Below are positions 46,955 through 57,678 of a DNA stretch of 64,000 bases, in pieces. Made by a program: the position numbers and the translations under genes. Position 1 is the stretch's first letter, and each line of letters opens with the position of its first letter. The stretch comes from an uncultured virus (IMG/VR IMGVR_UViG_3300044701_003393). Lineage: Duplodnaviria; Heunggongvirae; Uroviricota; Caudoviricetes. Location of the stretch: the IMG/VR virus record IMGVR_UViG_3300044701_003393; one strand, 5' to 3'. The notes beneath the pieces were generated by a model. That model worked only from the letters and a program-made list of their open reading frames with translations, made no database searches and had not been told where the DNA came from.

Positions 46955-48676
46955 TCACCCAAAACTAGATACTGAAGTTCCAGCTGGAGTTTGTCTAAGG
47001 GTTTGTAGTTCCTTCGTCTTAAGAGTTACTGCTGCTGATTTTGCTCTTTGTGCTGCTGCTTTTGCCTTTGCGTCCTGATTTGCTTGTTGAGACTGTTGAG
47101 GTTGAGCCTGCGTTTTTGGTTGAATTTCCATTGCCTGCTCTGCCATTCTTTTAGCCATTTTAGTAGCAGTAGCATACATCACTTCTTTACCACGACCAGG
47201 ATATCTCTTTTCAAAGTCTGGTGCTTTTGACTTCATCGACTTTACAATTCTTTCCTTTTCTTTTGTTTCAGCAGTACTTAAGACCTTTTCATCAATCTGA
47301 ACGCTTTCACTTCTTACAGATGCAAGCAAATCATCTAACTTTGACTTTCTCTTTCTTTTTGGTGCAGTAGTTGCCTTTGCCTTTGGTGCTGCTGCTTTTT
47401 TAGTTTTTGCTTTTGCTTTTGGTGGAGTTGTCTCACTTCCAGCCCAGGGATCTGGTGATTTTTCTGCTTTCTTTTTAGATGGTGGAGTATAAGATCCACT
47501 GCTTACTTTTTCCTTCTGACCTGCACCAGCACCACGATAGGTTGATGGTTTTCTTGCTGCAGTATGTGGTTTTTTGTCTCCGCCTTCCATCTTACGTGCA
47601 ACACCCAATGCACCCTTAGCAACTTTTCTTGCACCAGTTGCTACTGCTTGTTTTGCTGCTTTCTTAGCACCACGAACTTTACTAGAAAGTTTTTGTCTTG
47701 CAAGTCTTGCTACTGCTCCCACAAGATTTTTTCTCTTCTTCTCTCCAGTTGGAGTATCATGACCGTAGGTTACAGTTGCTTCAGTTAAAGCATACTCAAT
47801 TGCCTCTTCAATATCATCTTCTTCATATCCTTCTTCTAGAAGTTCATCATAAACGCTTTCAACAACATAATCCATTTCATCAATCTCTACCATCTCAAGT
47901 AGAGTTCCACCAAGATTTTCTACTGCCTCACCCATAGATGGGTTAATCTTGATTTTATTATTTACTTTCTTTTCAGTAATTTTTTGATCGTTCTGCTCTT
48001 TATCAACGACATCCATTACTTCAGAAAGGTCTTGTCTCCAATTTGAGAAACCTTCTTTAATTTTTTTCTTTTTCTTAAACTTACCAGATACTTCTCCTTC
48101 CTCATATCCCTTTCCATCACCATCATCATCCCACCATCTCTTCACTTCTTTTGCTTCGTGAGTTGAGATTGCCTTACCGATTGCCTTTCTACGGTTCTTA
48201 AGATACTTGTCGGCGTTGGTGTTCTTCTTACCATCATTATCAACATCATCATCTTCGTGCCCTACGGGATCGAGTGCTTCGTCAAACTTCTTTGCTGCTG
48301 CTGCCGCCATGCTCTTATAAGCATCAGTCTTCTTCATATCTTCAACTGCCTTTTCGTTTGCTTCACGACGCTTCTTCATATCGGTCTCAAGATGTGAAGT
48401 TTCATCAACTACATTTTCCTCTTCTTTGATTGGAGAGACAGTAACAACTCTCCTCTTTGCTTGCTTACTATAAAGTCTTTCTGCTTGTGCTCTCTTCTTC
48501 TTTGCCTTTGCTGCTACCTTGGGATCACCACCACTCAATCCAGCAAGAATACCAGCTCTCTTTCCTGCTTCTTTTGATGCTCTTAGAGCAAGATCAGCAG
48601 AAACTTCGGTTACACAATCTGATGCAACCTGCTCCAGATACACTCTGGAAATATCGTTCAGAGGATTAATAGACAT
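46955..48676 (-). CDS. Large charged protein, putative internal virion protein
   Basis: Alternating acidic and Lys/Ala-rich blocks. Confidence 0.75.
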   Translation of the reverse strand: MSINPLNDISRVYLEQVASDCVTEVSADLALRASKEAGKRAGILAGLSGGDPKVAAKAKKKRAQAERLYSKQAKRRVVTVSPIKEEENVVDETSHLETDMKKRREANEKAVEDMKKTDAYKSMAAAAAKKFDEALDPVGHEDDDVDNDGKKNTNADKYLKNRRKAIGKAISTHEAKEVKRWWDDDGDGKGYEEGEVSGKFKKKKKIKEGFSNWRQDLSEVMDVVDKEQNDQKITEKKVNNKIKINPSMGEAVENLGGTLLEMVEIDEMDYVVESVYDELLEEGYEEDDIEEAIEYALTEATVTYGHDTPTGEKKRKNLVGAVARLARQKLSSKVRGAKKAAKQAVATGARKVAKGALGVARKMEGGDKKPHTAARKPSTYRGAGAGQKEKVSSGSYTPPSKKKAEKSPDPWAGSETTPPKAKAKTKKAAAPKAKATTAPKRKRKSKLDDLLASVRSESVQIDEKVLSTAETKEKERIVKSMKSKAPDFEKRYPGRGKEVMYATATKMAKRMAEQAMEIQPKTQAQPQQSQQANQDAKAKAAAQRAKSAAVTLKTKELQTLRQTPAGTSVSSFG

Positions 48677-48677
48677 C

Positions 48678-49982
48678 TTAATAAGTACTTGCTTTCTTTG
48701 CCTTATACTTATTTATGAAATTGACTCCGTATGCCTTACCACCTTTCTGAAGATACTGACTATTGGTTCCTATTACTCCTGGGGTCATTTTTGCATAATG
48801 CTTAAATGCACCCAAAGTTCCCACCAAAGTATTTGGATGCGTCTTATCTCTCATTGGACTATCCATTTTCACTTCAGTATATTCCATCAAATCCTTAATC
48901 CAAGATTTAAACATATAACCTTCTTCTGTTACACAGATTAAATGATTGGTTCCTCTACGCATTACTTCACCAATCAACCCAGTATTTAAGTTCTCAACCT
49001 TATCTCCAATTCTAAAAATTCTACCTCTCACATAATTTTCACGAAGATTTCTCATATCACATTTTGGAGCAATCTCCCAGAGATTATAACTCTCCTTTTT
49101 GACTTTTGATGCTTTCTTCGCACCCATTCCCTGACGAACTGCATCAAAGAGTGTTTGAGTATCTCCATCATCCAATGTCTTTGGAGTTCCTCTACGGAAT
49201 GATGCAAAGTCATTATCCATTACCGCCTTTCTCATCTTGGATGCAGACATTCCTTCTACACCTTCAGCATCTGCATCACGAACACCGGCGGAGATTACAC
49301 GAATTTGATCGAAGGTATAAAGATCTCCATTGTACTTTTGCGCTAGGTTCTCAAACTCTGCCTGACGATCAGAACCAACAACAATGTTTACACTTGTGTA
49401 TCCATCTTCGTTAGCAGAAACAAGAACGTTAAAGATGGTCTTCATCTCATCATCGTTAATGATGTTATCCTTAAACTCAGGGAACATCCTCTTCATAAAC
49501 GAAACTTTTTTATTTGGATCCAATGGATTTTTCTTTGGATCTTGAGATCTTGATGGATAGATCTTAATGTCTCCACCAGCAGAAATTCTCTTTGCAGACT
49601 TTAGAAGTTTTTCGTGTCCGACTGTTGGTGGATTAAAACGACCAAATACGACAGTCAGTGGTGGAAGTTCCTGTTGTTGCTCTTGGTCCTGTGGTGCTGC
49701 TCCAGGTGCTTGAGGGGCGGCAGGAGCGGGTGCTTGTGCTCCTTGAGGTTGCTGAGGCATAGGGGCTGCACCTGACTGCCTTGGTGCTGCAGCGGGTTCC
49801 TGTGCTCCTGCTGCTTGGCGACCATCAATGAACTTCAGTTTTCCTTTATCAGTTCTTGCTACGACTTTACCAGAACGATCCAACCAACCGCCGTGACCGT
49901 CTCCTTTCAAACCCATTTTTTGAGCCTGCTGAGATGCTTGTGATTGTGTTGCTTCTGATAAAAATGTAAAGAAACTCTTCAT
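48678..49982 (-). CDS. Cytidylyltransferase-like nucleotidyltransferase
   Basis: FGRFNPPTVGHEKL, VVGSDR, MSASKMR. Confidence 0.88.
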   Translation of the reverse strand: MKSFFTFLSEATQSQASQQAQKMGLKGDGHGGWLDRSGKVVARTDKGKLKFIDGRQAAGAQEPAAAPRQSGAAPMPQQPQGAQAPAPAAPQAPGAAPQDQEQQQELPPLTVVFGRFNPPTVGHEKLLKSAKRISAGGDIKIYPSRSQDPKKNPLDPNKKVSFMKRMFPEFKDNIINDDEMKTIFNVLVSANEDGYTSVNIVVGSDRQAEFENLAQKYNGDLYTFDQIRVISAGVRDADAEGVEGMSASKMRKAVMDNDFASFRRGTPKTLDDGDTQTLFDAVRQGMGAKKASKVKKESYNLWEIAPKCDMRNLRENYVRGRIFRIGDKVENLNTGLIGEVMRRGTNHLICVTEEGYMFKSWIKDLMEYTEVKMDSPMRDKTHPNTLVGTLGAFKHYAKMTPGVIGTNSQYLQKGGKAYGVNFINKYKAKKASTY

Positions 49983-50008
49983 ATTGTTTAATCTTATACC
50001 TTTATTTA

Positions 50009-51346
50009 TTATTCTAACTTTATGTAAGGTGCTGAAAAACTTGCTTGAGAACTTGCGTAAAGATATAAATCCTTTACAACTTCATCTGCTTTATCTTTAT
50101 TTGCATTCTTAATTGTCAATAGTAATCTCATAACCAAATACTTAGAATATCTATATTTGTTTGATTTGGATTGAATTGTTGACGCCATAGCATCAAGATC
50201 TCCACTTTTTATCAATCCATAATCCACCATCATTTTTGATATATCTTTGGCGTGTTTCTCAGTATTTTGTTCCGCTAACCTAGCAGACTCTTGCGATGAA
50301 GGTAGTTCTTTAAATCCGTGTCTTTTTAAAATATAGTTTAATGGACCAAGAGAAACTTTACCTTGATTTGCAGACGCTCCTTTAATTTCTCCCTGCCATC
50401 CAGTCAATGAAGTTTCTCCACCAAAACTTCTAAATTGAATTTTTTCACTTGGAGCAGATCCCCATTGAATATAACCATCCATAGCATCTAAATTTGTAGT
50501 AGTTCCTTTAAATGATGCTGTTGTTATTTTTTTATCTGTTGGAAAATTTTTTGGTGTTATTTTTGCCTTACCACTTTCATTCTTCTTCAAAGAAACTCCT
50601 ATCACCTTTTTACTTTGAATGTACTCAAACATTTTTTCATTCAGTCCCTTAAGAGTTTTTTCTTCTGATATATCTCTGATGGCAGAAGAATCCGAAATCA
50701 TGTATATATCAGCAGGACTCCATTTATTAAGATTACCAAAAGCACGTTCTTCTCTATTAATTTTAGTAAACGTATTTTCTATAATTTCTACAGATTTTGA
50801 TCCTCTATGAAAAGTATATTTTCCACTTCCACCATACATCTTAAATAAGGCATTAGCACCTGCTATAGATGACTCTATCCAATCATCAGGTAAATCATTC
50901 ACCATTTTTTGAAAACTTTCATCAGTATCAGCAGTTGCGAGTGCTTTTTGAAAGTTTTCTTTTGTTAAATCTTTATTTGTAATTTCCCTTTTCAAAACAT
51001 TAAATGCCATCGCAGCATACAAAGCCTGAGATGATTCGGCTAACTTAGTTACTGCTGCACCAGCACCTGATCCACCACCTGCACCTTTTTTATATATTAA
51101 CTTTATAATAGATTTTGATTTTTTTAATTCTATTTTAGTTACTGGAAAAGAAGATTCGCTTTTATCAATTTCATTAACAAATTGAACTCCTCTTTTCTTA
51201 AGTTCTTTGGATATAAGATCTTGTGCTTCTGCTCTCTGAGAAGCAATTATTCTGATTTTATCTACCTTTGGACCAGCTTTAACTACTTTAGTTTGGTAGT
51301 TTTTTAAAGCAATATTTACAGCTAGCAATACTTCAGTATCTGTCAT
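50009..51346 (-). CDS. Hypothetical protein, possible PD-(D/E)xK nuclease
   Basis: KWSPADIY...IGVSLKK; AT-rich; next to tRNA-Ala. Confidence 0.6.
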   Translation of the reverse strand: MTDTEVLLAVNIALKNYQTKVVKAGPKVDKIRIIASQRAEAQDLISKELKKRGVQFVNEIDKSESSFPVTKIELKKSKSIIKLIYKKGAGGGSGAGAAVTKLAESSQALYAAMAFNVLKREITNKDLTKENFQKALATADTDESFQKMVNDLPDDWIESSIAGANALFKMYGGSGKYTFHRGSKSVEIIENTFTKINREERAFGNLNKWSPADIYMISDSSAIRDISEEKTLKGLNEKMFEYIQSKKVIGVSLKKNESGKAKITPKNFPTDKKITTASFKGTTTNLDAMDGYIQWGSAPSEKIQFRSFGGETSLTGWQGEIKGASANQGKVSLGPLNYILKRHGFKELPSSQESARLAEQNTEKHAKDISKMMVDYGLIKSGDLDAMASTIQSKSNKYRYSKYLVMRLLLTIKNANKDKADEVVKDLYLYASSQASFSAPYIKLE

Positions 51347-51375
51347 TTTTAATGACTATTTACTTATATTTAGAA

Positions 51376-51448
51376 TGGAGAATAGGGGACTCGAACCCCT
51401 CACCCCCGCCGTGCAAAGGCGGTGCTCTACCAAATGAGCTAATTCCCC
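51376..51448 (-). tRNA. tRNA-Ala (TGC)
   Basis: GGGGAAT acceptor with G3-U70; CCGCC-TT-TGC-AC-GGCGG. Confidence 0.93.
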
Positions 51449-51517
51449 GAGTTCAGATATTATAAAACCCTCTCGACTAAAAGTCAAGAGGGTTAGAGCA
51501 ACCTTCCGATTTATTTA

Positions 51518-51703
51518 TCAAACACCAACTACAGCACCAATACTATCATCAAGTTGTTGAATGACTTCACGAACATCAGCAATTCGCGGAGGAACACTTA
51601 CTTCATCATATGTGTATCCTTTTTGTGCTTCAAAAAGAATTTGACGAACTGCTGCTGCTTGACGAGCATCCATTTTAATAGTTACTTGTTTTTCTTTAGT
51701 CAC
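51518..51703 (-). CDS. Hypothetical protein
   Basis: GTGA overlap with mazG. Confidence 0.7.
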   Translation of the reverse strand: MTKEKQVTIKMDARQAAAVRQILFEAQKGYTYDEVSVPPRIADVREVIQQLDDSIGAVVGV

Positions 51704-52113
51704 AGGTCTCCCTCCACACGATTTTCGGAACGATAAACATCAAAAGTACCTTCAGGATAACGAGCACTCAGTTTCTCATAGTTCATTTGAAGAATTTCTT
51801 CAAAGTTAGTATCAAGAGCCATAAATGCTTGAGAGAGATACCAACAGATATCACCAAGTTCACGCTTCAGGTGAAAAGCATTCTCTTCGTTATAAGGTTT
51901 ACCTTGAAGAACAATCTTTTTAACAACTTCAGTAAACTCACCTGCTTCTGCACTCATACCTAGTGCAGCAGTCAGAAGACGAGGAACATCAGCATCTGCA
52001 GTTGCTTCCAGTTCCGCAATACGAGCAAGAAGTGCTGCTAGATCACTACTTGCAGGACTTGTAGTTTGACGAACGAATTCAATATATTTGTTTGTATCAA
52101 TAACTTGAGTCAT
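51700..52113 (-). CDS. mazG: MazG-like NTP pyrophosphohydrolase
   Basis: EAGEFTEVVKK, ELGDICWY, NYEKLSARY; likely start ATG 52113. Confidence 0.92.
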   Translation of the reverse strand: MTQVIDTNKYIEFVRQTTSPASSDLAALLARIAELEATADADVPRLLTAALGMSAEAGEFTEVVKKIVLQGKPYNEENAFHLKRELGDICWYLSQAFMALDTNFEEILQMNYEKLSARYPEGTFDVYRSENRVEGDL

Positions 52114-52114
52114 A

Positions 52115-53491
52115 TTAGAATTTAAATCCTTCAAATGATTTTTTAGGTTTCTTTTCCTCATAATCATACTCTTCTTCCTTTCCAGAGTCAAGTATGTCTT
52201 GTTGGGCGGATTGTTCGCAGTCATAAAGACGCATTTTTGCCCTATCAATTCCAACCACAAACCTCTTGTGAATGGTTGGGTCATTATAACGATTCTTAAG
52301 TTGTTTTACGAGAATCTGTCCCAGACCCTCCAACTCTTCAGTGCTAATAAGGGCAAACATAAGGTCAGCAGTAGCAGGAAGACCAAAGGACTCAGAAGTA
52401 TCAGTAAGTTCAACATCAGAACTACCATAACCTGAGCGAGTGGTCTGAGTAGCGGAGACAATCGGGACATTAAACTCAACTGCGAGCCCCCTAAGTTCCT
52501 CAGCAATTGCCTTGACAAATGTATAAGAATTGATGTTGCTGTTTCCGCGATACCTAGAGGAAGCACAAATATTAAGGTAATCAATAAAAATAATATCAGG
52601 TCTAAATGACTTCTTAAGTGCAAGTTCATTAAGAAGTGACTTAAAGTGTCCTGCATGTGCGGAAGCAGTAGGATATTCCTTAATTATAAGTGTTCCTTGG
52701 GTCTTCTTTGCAAGATTATTGACCTTATTCTCAAACATTTGTTTGGGAAGATCAACAATATCTTGAATAGGAACATTCAAGAGGTTTGCATCAATTCTTT
52801 CAGCAATGCGCTCTTCTGCCATTTCCAACGTAATGTAGAGAACGTTCCTCCCTTGGAGCAAGACGGAGCTAGCAACATGGCACATGAATAGAGACTTGCC
52901 GACACCCGTACCAGCAAGAGCGATATTAAGAGTCTTATTAGGGAGACCGCCTTTGGTAATTTTGTTAAAGTATTCAAGATCAAATTCAATTTTATCCTCC
53001 TTTTTGTGATATGACTCATATCTTTGTTCGTAATCCTGTAAGTAATCGTGACCTATATGAGTATCAAAACTTACAGCAAGAGCATCAGAAAGAATAGAAG
53101 GAATACTATCTCTATTTTTCTTTTCATCTTTACCGTCAGCAATATGAATTGACTCCATAAGTGCAAGATAAATTGCACGATCACGACACCATTTTTCAGT
53201 ACAATCAACCAACCAATTAAACTCAACTGGAACATCTTCAAGAGAAGAAATAAGATGAATGATATCTTTAAAAGAAGTATCATTAATATCCTGCCGCTTC
53301 TCTACCTCAATACAAAGGACTTCTTTGGTTGCTGGTTGATTATATTCCTGAACGAAAGAAAGTATTTCTTCAAATACAATCTTTTGATTTTGATCTTCAA
53401 AATATTCAGATTTGATAAATGGTATTACTTTTCGGACATATTCTTCATTATGTAACAGGTTTCTAAGAATTAGAAACTCAACTTTCTCCAT
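52115..53491 (-). CDS. gp41: Replicative helicase (gp41)
   Basis: AGTGVGKS, LEMAEE, IDYLNI, QLKNRY. Confidence 0.96.
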   Translation of the reverse strand: MEKVEFLILRNLLHNEEYVRKVIPFIKSEYFEDQNQKIVFEEILSFVQEYNQPATKEVLCIEVEKRQDINDTSFKDIIHLISSLEDVPVEFNWLVDCTEKWCRDRAIYLALMESIHIADGKDEKKNRDSIPSILSDALAVSFDTHIGHDYLQDYEQRYESYHKKEDKIEFDLEYFNKITKGGLPNKTLNIALAGTGVGKSLFMCHVASSVLLQGRNVLYITLEMAEERIAERIDANLLNVPIQDIVDLPKQMFENKVNNLAKKTQGTLIIKEYPTASAHAGHFKSLLNELALKKSFRPDIIFIDYLNICASSRYRGNSNINSYTFVKAIAEELRGLAVEFNVPIVSATQTTRSGYGSSDVELTDTSESFGLPATADLMFALISTEELEGLGQILVKQLKNRYNDPTIHKRFVVGIDRAKMRLYDCEQSAQQDILDSGKEEEYDYEEKKPKKSFEGFKF

Positions 53492-54485
53492 AACTAAATT
53501 CCTTTCGTGCGATTTCGTCCAACTGTTGCATTACTTCTTCAGTGAAATATACTTCAGGTTCTTTCAGAATCTGTTTAGCATAAATCTTCTTACCATCAAT
53601 CTCATAGCGTCCTGCTACATTCTTCCAAAGTCCTCCAATCTCTCCAAGTTCAAGAAGACCGTAGTAACGATCAAGACCACGCTCATCATAATAAAGACGA
53701 ACCTCAACATCTTTATTCTCTTTACTCAAACGCGATTTAGCAGTCTTAGCCTTGATAATATTTCCGACCACTTCCGTTCCATCCTTTTCTTTTTTCTTTG
53801 AGAGATAAATGATTGTAGAGGCTGCGTATTTGAGTCCAGAACCTCCTCCCATTTCTTTCGTTGGTACATAAGCTCCGATGACATCGTATGTATGATTTGT
53901 GACAATGAGTGGAACATTTGCTTGACCTAGTTTAAGTGTTAGCATTCGGAAAGCACCTTTGATAAGTTGCGATTTAGTCATATCACGAACTTGCTTATCA
54001 TTCAGTGCATCAGTAATCTCTTTCTCTGTAGAAAGCATACCCAGAGAGTCTAACACAAACATGCAAGGACTACGTTCCCCTTCGGGTTTCTTCATATAAA
54101 GATCAACTGCTTTAAGAGCCTTACTGCGGAATTCTTCTACGGTGACAACATTAACCACGACAAGGCGTGATGTGTCAATGCCGCGTGACTCCAGGAGAGA
54201 CTTTGTAATGGCAGCCTCAGTATCAAAATAGAGACAATAACCATCGGGATTATTATCAAGAAAATTCTTAACCACGGCGAGACTGAAGAAAGTCTTTCCA
54301 GTAGAAGACTCTCCAGCAATAGCAGTAATTTTATTCCCAGATACACCACCAAAGATGCTACCCGAAACCAGTGCATTAAAAATATACGAACCCGTGTCAA
54401 CATAGATCTCCGTCTCATCAATATCCGATGCTAACTTTGTATAGTCATCACCAATTTCTTTTACAATATCTTTAAGAAAATCCAT
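53478..54485 (-). CDS. uvsX: RecA-like recombinase UvsX
   Basis: AGESSTGKT, LDSLGML, MGGGSG. Confidence 0.95.
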   Translation of the reverse strand: MDFLKDIVKEIGDDYTKLASDIDETEIYVDTGSYIFNALVSGSIFGGVSGNKITAIAGESSTGKTFFSLAVVKNFLDNNPDGYCLYFDTEAAITKSLLESRGIDTSRLVVVNVVTVEEFRSKALKAVDLYMKKPEGERSPCMFVLDSLGMLSTEKEITDALNDKQVRDMTKSQLIKGAFRMLTLKLGQANVPLIVTNHTYDVIGAYVPTKEMGGGSGLKYAASTIIYLSKKKEKDGTEVVGNIIKAKTAKSRLSKENKDVEVRLYYDERGLDRYYGLLELGEIGGLWKNVAGRYEIDGKKIYAKQILKEPEVYFTEEVMQQLDEIARKEFSYGES

Positions 54486-55843
54486 TAGGCAAAAAATGAA
54501 TCAAGGTTTACTGTCTTTTCCATATTCCACCCAATAATATCAAGAATAACTTTGAGTGGTTCTAGAAATGCTTTCTCAAATTGTAATTCATAATCTATGT
54601 ATTTGTCAAGATTCAGTTCCTTGGGAAACTCCTGAATAAATGAGATTACATTCTCATGAATCGTATTTGGTTTCTTGAGGTAAACAAACTTGATCTTTTC
54701 TCCGTTCTGAATCAAAGAATATTTTCCAGTCAGGTTATTTTCTTTGACATAATAATTAAAGAGAAGTGCTCCACGAACATGAATCGGAGTTCCCTTTACA
54801 TAAATTTGAGAGTGTGATGTATATTTCTGAACGTCAGACGCAGAACGTGGGAATGAGATTTCTTCAGGTGGTAATTTCTTAAATTTATTGCGGAAATCAT
54901 CAATAAACTGAATCATATCATCTTCACTTCCACTCATCAGAATATTAAATGCTTCTTTCAGCATCTTACGACAAGGAGCAGGAGTAGAAGATTTGATTGC
55001 TTCAATACCCTTGATTTTCAGTTTGGGTGATTCATATCGAACACCTTCACTATCCCATACACTCAGAATGTATCGTTTCTTCGCAGTCCAAATACCACGT
55101 TCAGCAATACACTCACGCTTCATAATCATCTTCTGATCGTAAGCGTTTACATAATTCGCCAATTCTTGATAAGAACTTTCAATATATTTTTCAAGTTCCA
55201 CTTGACACACCTTATCAAGGAACGAAACAATGTCTTGAGTAGTTTTCTCTCTTCCTTTGAATACAGTTTCAACCAAAGGACCCATATTGAGATAGATAGA
55301 ATCAGTATCAGAAGCAATAACATAATCTTCACCATCTGTTTTAAGAATTTTGTTTATGTAGGAGTTCATCTTATTCATAATCCACTGAATTGAAACCTTA
55401 CCGGAAAGAGTAATCGCTTCAGCGTTTGCTAGTTTATAGTAACGGAAATACTGATTGCCAATAGCACCATAAGCAGAGTTAAGCTGAATCTTCCTCGCCA
55501 TTTGGATGTTATTACATCGCGCAATTTCCTTTTCCAACTCTTTTGTTTTAGTCTTCTCATACTGTTGTTCTGCAGCAAGCATCTTCTTCTTGAAGATCAC
55601 ACGTTCATTGTAGATCTTCTCCATCAGTTCAGGAAGAAAACCATTTACTCTACGATAAAGTGCTCCGTTTGCAGTAATAGTCAAATTGACTTTTCGCAAA
55701 GGTTCTAAATCCAATTCTTGATTAAGAAGTTTATCAACATTCACTTGATTAGAAAGTTCTCTTACTTTCTTAAGTGCTTCCAATTCCTCTTTAATTTCTT
55801 GAGGAGACATTTGACGAACATCTTTCCACATATTATTATTCAT
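54485..55843 (-). CDS. gp43: DNA polymerase gp43, C-terminal half (fingers, palm, thumb)
   Basis: ANGALY, KIQLNSAYG, ASDTDS, KKRY. Confidence 0.93.
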   Translation of the reverse strand: MNNNMWKDVRQMSPQEIKEELEALKKVRELSNQVNVDKLLNQELDLEPLRKVNLTITANGALYRRVNGFLPELMEKIYNERVIFKKKMLAAEQQYEKTKTKELEKEIARCNNIQMARKIQLNSAYGAIGNQYFRYYKLANAEAITLSGKVSIQWIMNKMNSYINKILKTDGEDYVIASDTDSIYLNMGPLVETVFKGREKTTQDIVSFLDKVCQVELEKYIESSYQELANYVNAYDQKMIMKRECIAERGIWTAKKRYILSVWDSEGVRYESPKLKIKGIEAIKSSTPAPCRKMLKEAFNILMSGSEDDMIQFIDDFRNKFKKLPPEEISFPRSASDVQKYTSHSQIYVKGTPIHVRGALLFNYYVKENNLTGKYSLIQNGEKIKFVYLKKPNTIHENVISFIQEFPKELNLDKYIDYELQFEKAFLEPLKVILDIIGWNMEKTVNLDSFFA

Positions 55844-56379
55844 AGTATTTTAGTAATTTTTTTAATACCAAACTCTTTTAATCTTTGTTTAATCAATACT
55901 TCACTACAATTATAATGTTCGGCAATTTGCTTCCTTGTCTTATTCTCAATAATATACAATTTTCTCAAATCTTCACTTTCAATTTTATAAGTTCTATTTT
56001 GTCTCATAGTTTCTCTATACCTTTGACGGGTATTTTCACTCATAGGATATGATTTACCTTTTACTCTACCACCACTTTTTTTTGAAATATTATAAAGTGT
56101 TCCACCTTCACTTATCAATTTATACTTTTCAATAAGTTCTTCTTCTAAGACTAAACATTCTTTTTTTGTTCCCTCAAAAATCTTTTCAACAAATGGTTCT
56201 CTTCCCGACAAAAAAATAGATTTTATTTTACCATAGAAAGATGGATAATTTGCATCATATGGCATATAAGAACTTGGTTTTAAGTGAGCCCACATTCTAT
56301 ACCCCTGCCCCATACCAACATAAAAAACTTTATCATCATCTTTGTATTGATAAACATACATAGGATACTCTCTTTTCAT
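55840..56379 (-). mobile_element. GIY-YIG-type homing endonuclease inserted within gp43
   Basis: YVYQY...FYVGMG..R..H, conserved Glu, LYN, C-terminal HTH; TATAAATA at 56399-56406. Confidence 0.8.
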
Positions 56380-56406
56380 TTATAAACTATCTATATCCTA
56401 TTTATA

Positions 56407-57678
56407 TTATAGCATACTTTCGAGTTCTGCAATCCTCTTATTTACATCATCCATACTCACAAGAGTTTCTGGGGATATTGAGTATTGCATAATAAGGTGG
56501 GGATAAAGGCTGTTCAAATCGAAACTTACAACATAATCATACATACCAGAAATAGGTTCTTTTACATAAGCACCTTCATACTTTTCATCTTTCTTAGTCT
56601 TGTTCTTTGGGGGGATTACAATGTTCTTCTTCTTGAGATATGTGTAGATGATATTATCCCACATACGAACCTGATAAAACACATCAGCATAATTCACCTT
56701 TGCGTCATATGCCATCGTCAGAGCAAGTTCAATCAGTTTCATCTTGTCTTCCAGACGGTCAACAAGTTCTACGTCAATGATGTTATATTCAATGAACTTC
56801 TGCCATCCTTTGGTGTAGAAATCTTTGAATGTATCAAACTCAGAGTGATCCAGTTTTTTCTGTCCCAGTTCCACTTCAGCAATATAATCTAGACGATAAG
56901 ATTCCTGAACTTTATAAGTAAATTTCTTATAAAGATCCAAATAGTCAAGTTGAGTCAAACCACCTACATCAAATGTGGTGTGCTTGCGTCCATTGATGAA
57001 TACTTCACCCTCAGTCACAAGTCCCCAGTTAGAGAACCGTTTCATCAGTTTCTCACCAAGAACACGATTCAGTCTCTTACAGATATAAGGAACGTCATAC
57101 ATCTGGATGTTCCATCCTGTAATCACATCAGGAACATCCACCATCCAATAATTGATGAAGTGATTGAGAAGTTCATACTCAGAGGGGCAATGATGATAAG
57201 TCACATCCTTGCGGGTGTTATTGAATGGTTTAACTCCCCAAGTAATAATCTTCTTTGTTGTATAATCCTGAATAGAGATAGAAAGGATTTCTTCAGATGC
57301 AGATTCTACATCAGGGAATCCTGCTTCTGATGCAACCTCAATATCTAGAGTTACAAGTTTGATTTTACTGATATCAAACTTAATTTCATCGTCCGGATAT
57401 TTTTCCGAAATGTATTGGTAGATATAACGGTCATTTCCGTAGATCTCAAATCCATCTACACTTTCATACTTATTATAAAATTCACGACAGTCACGAACTG
57501 TTCCCGGATTTACTGGTTCAACTGCTTCGCCACTTAATGTTCGATATTTAGAATCTTTTTTAGTTTTCACATAAAGAGTTGGGAAGAACTCATCTCTTGT
57601 TTCAAATCTTTTTCCATTTTCTACCCCACGAACCAAAAACTGATTTCCAATCAATTGAACATTAGTATAAAATCTCAT
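56407..57678 (-). CDS. gp43: DNA polymerase gp43, N-terminal half (exonuclease plus motif A)
   Basis: LDIEV, TGWNI..YD, YNIIDV, SFDLNSLYPH..ISPET. Confidence 0.93.
   Translation of the reverse strand: MRFYTNVQLIGNQFLVRGVENGKRFETRDEFFPTLYVKTKKDSKYRTLSGEAVEPVNPGTVRDCREFYNKYESVDGFEIYGNDRYIYQYISEKYPDDEIKFDISKIKLVTLDIEVASEAGFPDVESASEEILSISIQDYTTKKIITWGVKPFNNTRKDVTYHHCPSEYELLNHFINYWMVDVPDVITGWNIQMYDVPYICKRLNRVLGEKLMKRFSNWGLVTEGEVFINGRKHTTFDVGGLTQLDYLDLYKKFTYKVQESYRLDYIAEVELGQKKLDHSEFDTFKDFYTKGWQKFIEYNIIDVELVDRLEDKMKLIELALTMAYDAKVNYADVFYQVRMWDNIIYTYLKKKNIVIPPKNKTKKDEKYEGAYVKEPISGMYDYVVSFDLNSLYPHLIMQYSISPETLVSMDDVNKRIAELESML

Noticed and set aside
55700..56480. Split intein or group I intron in gp43
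   Set aside because: No intein-like N-terminal block or His-Asn/Cys end, and under 30 non-coding nt around the endonuclease.
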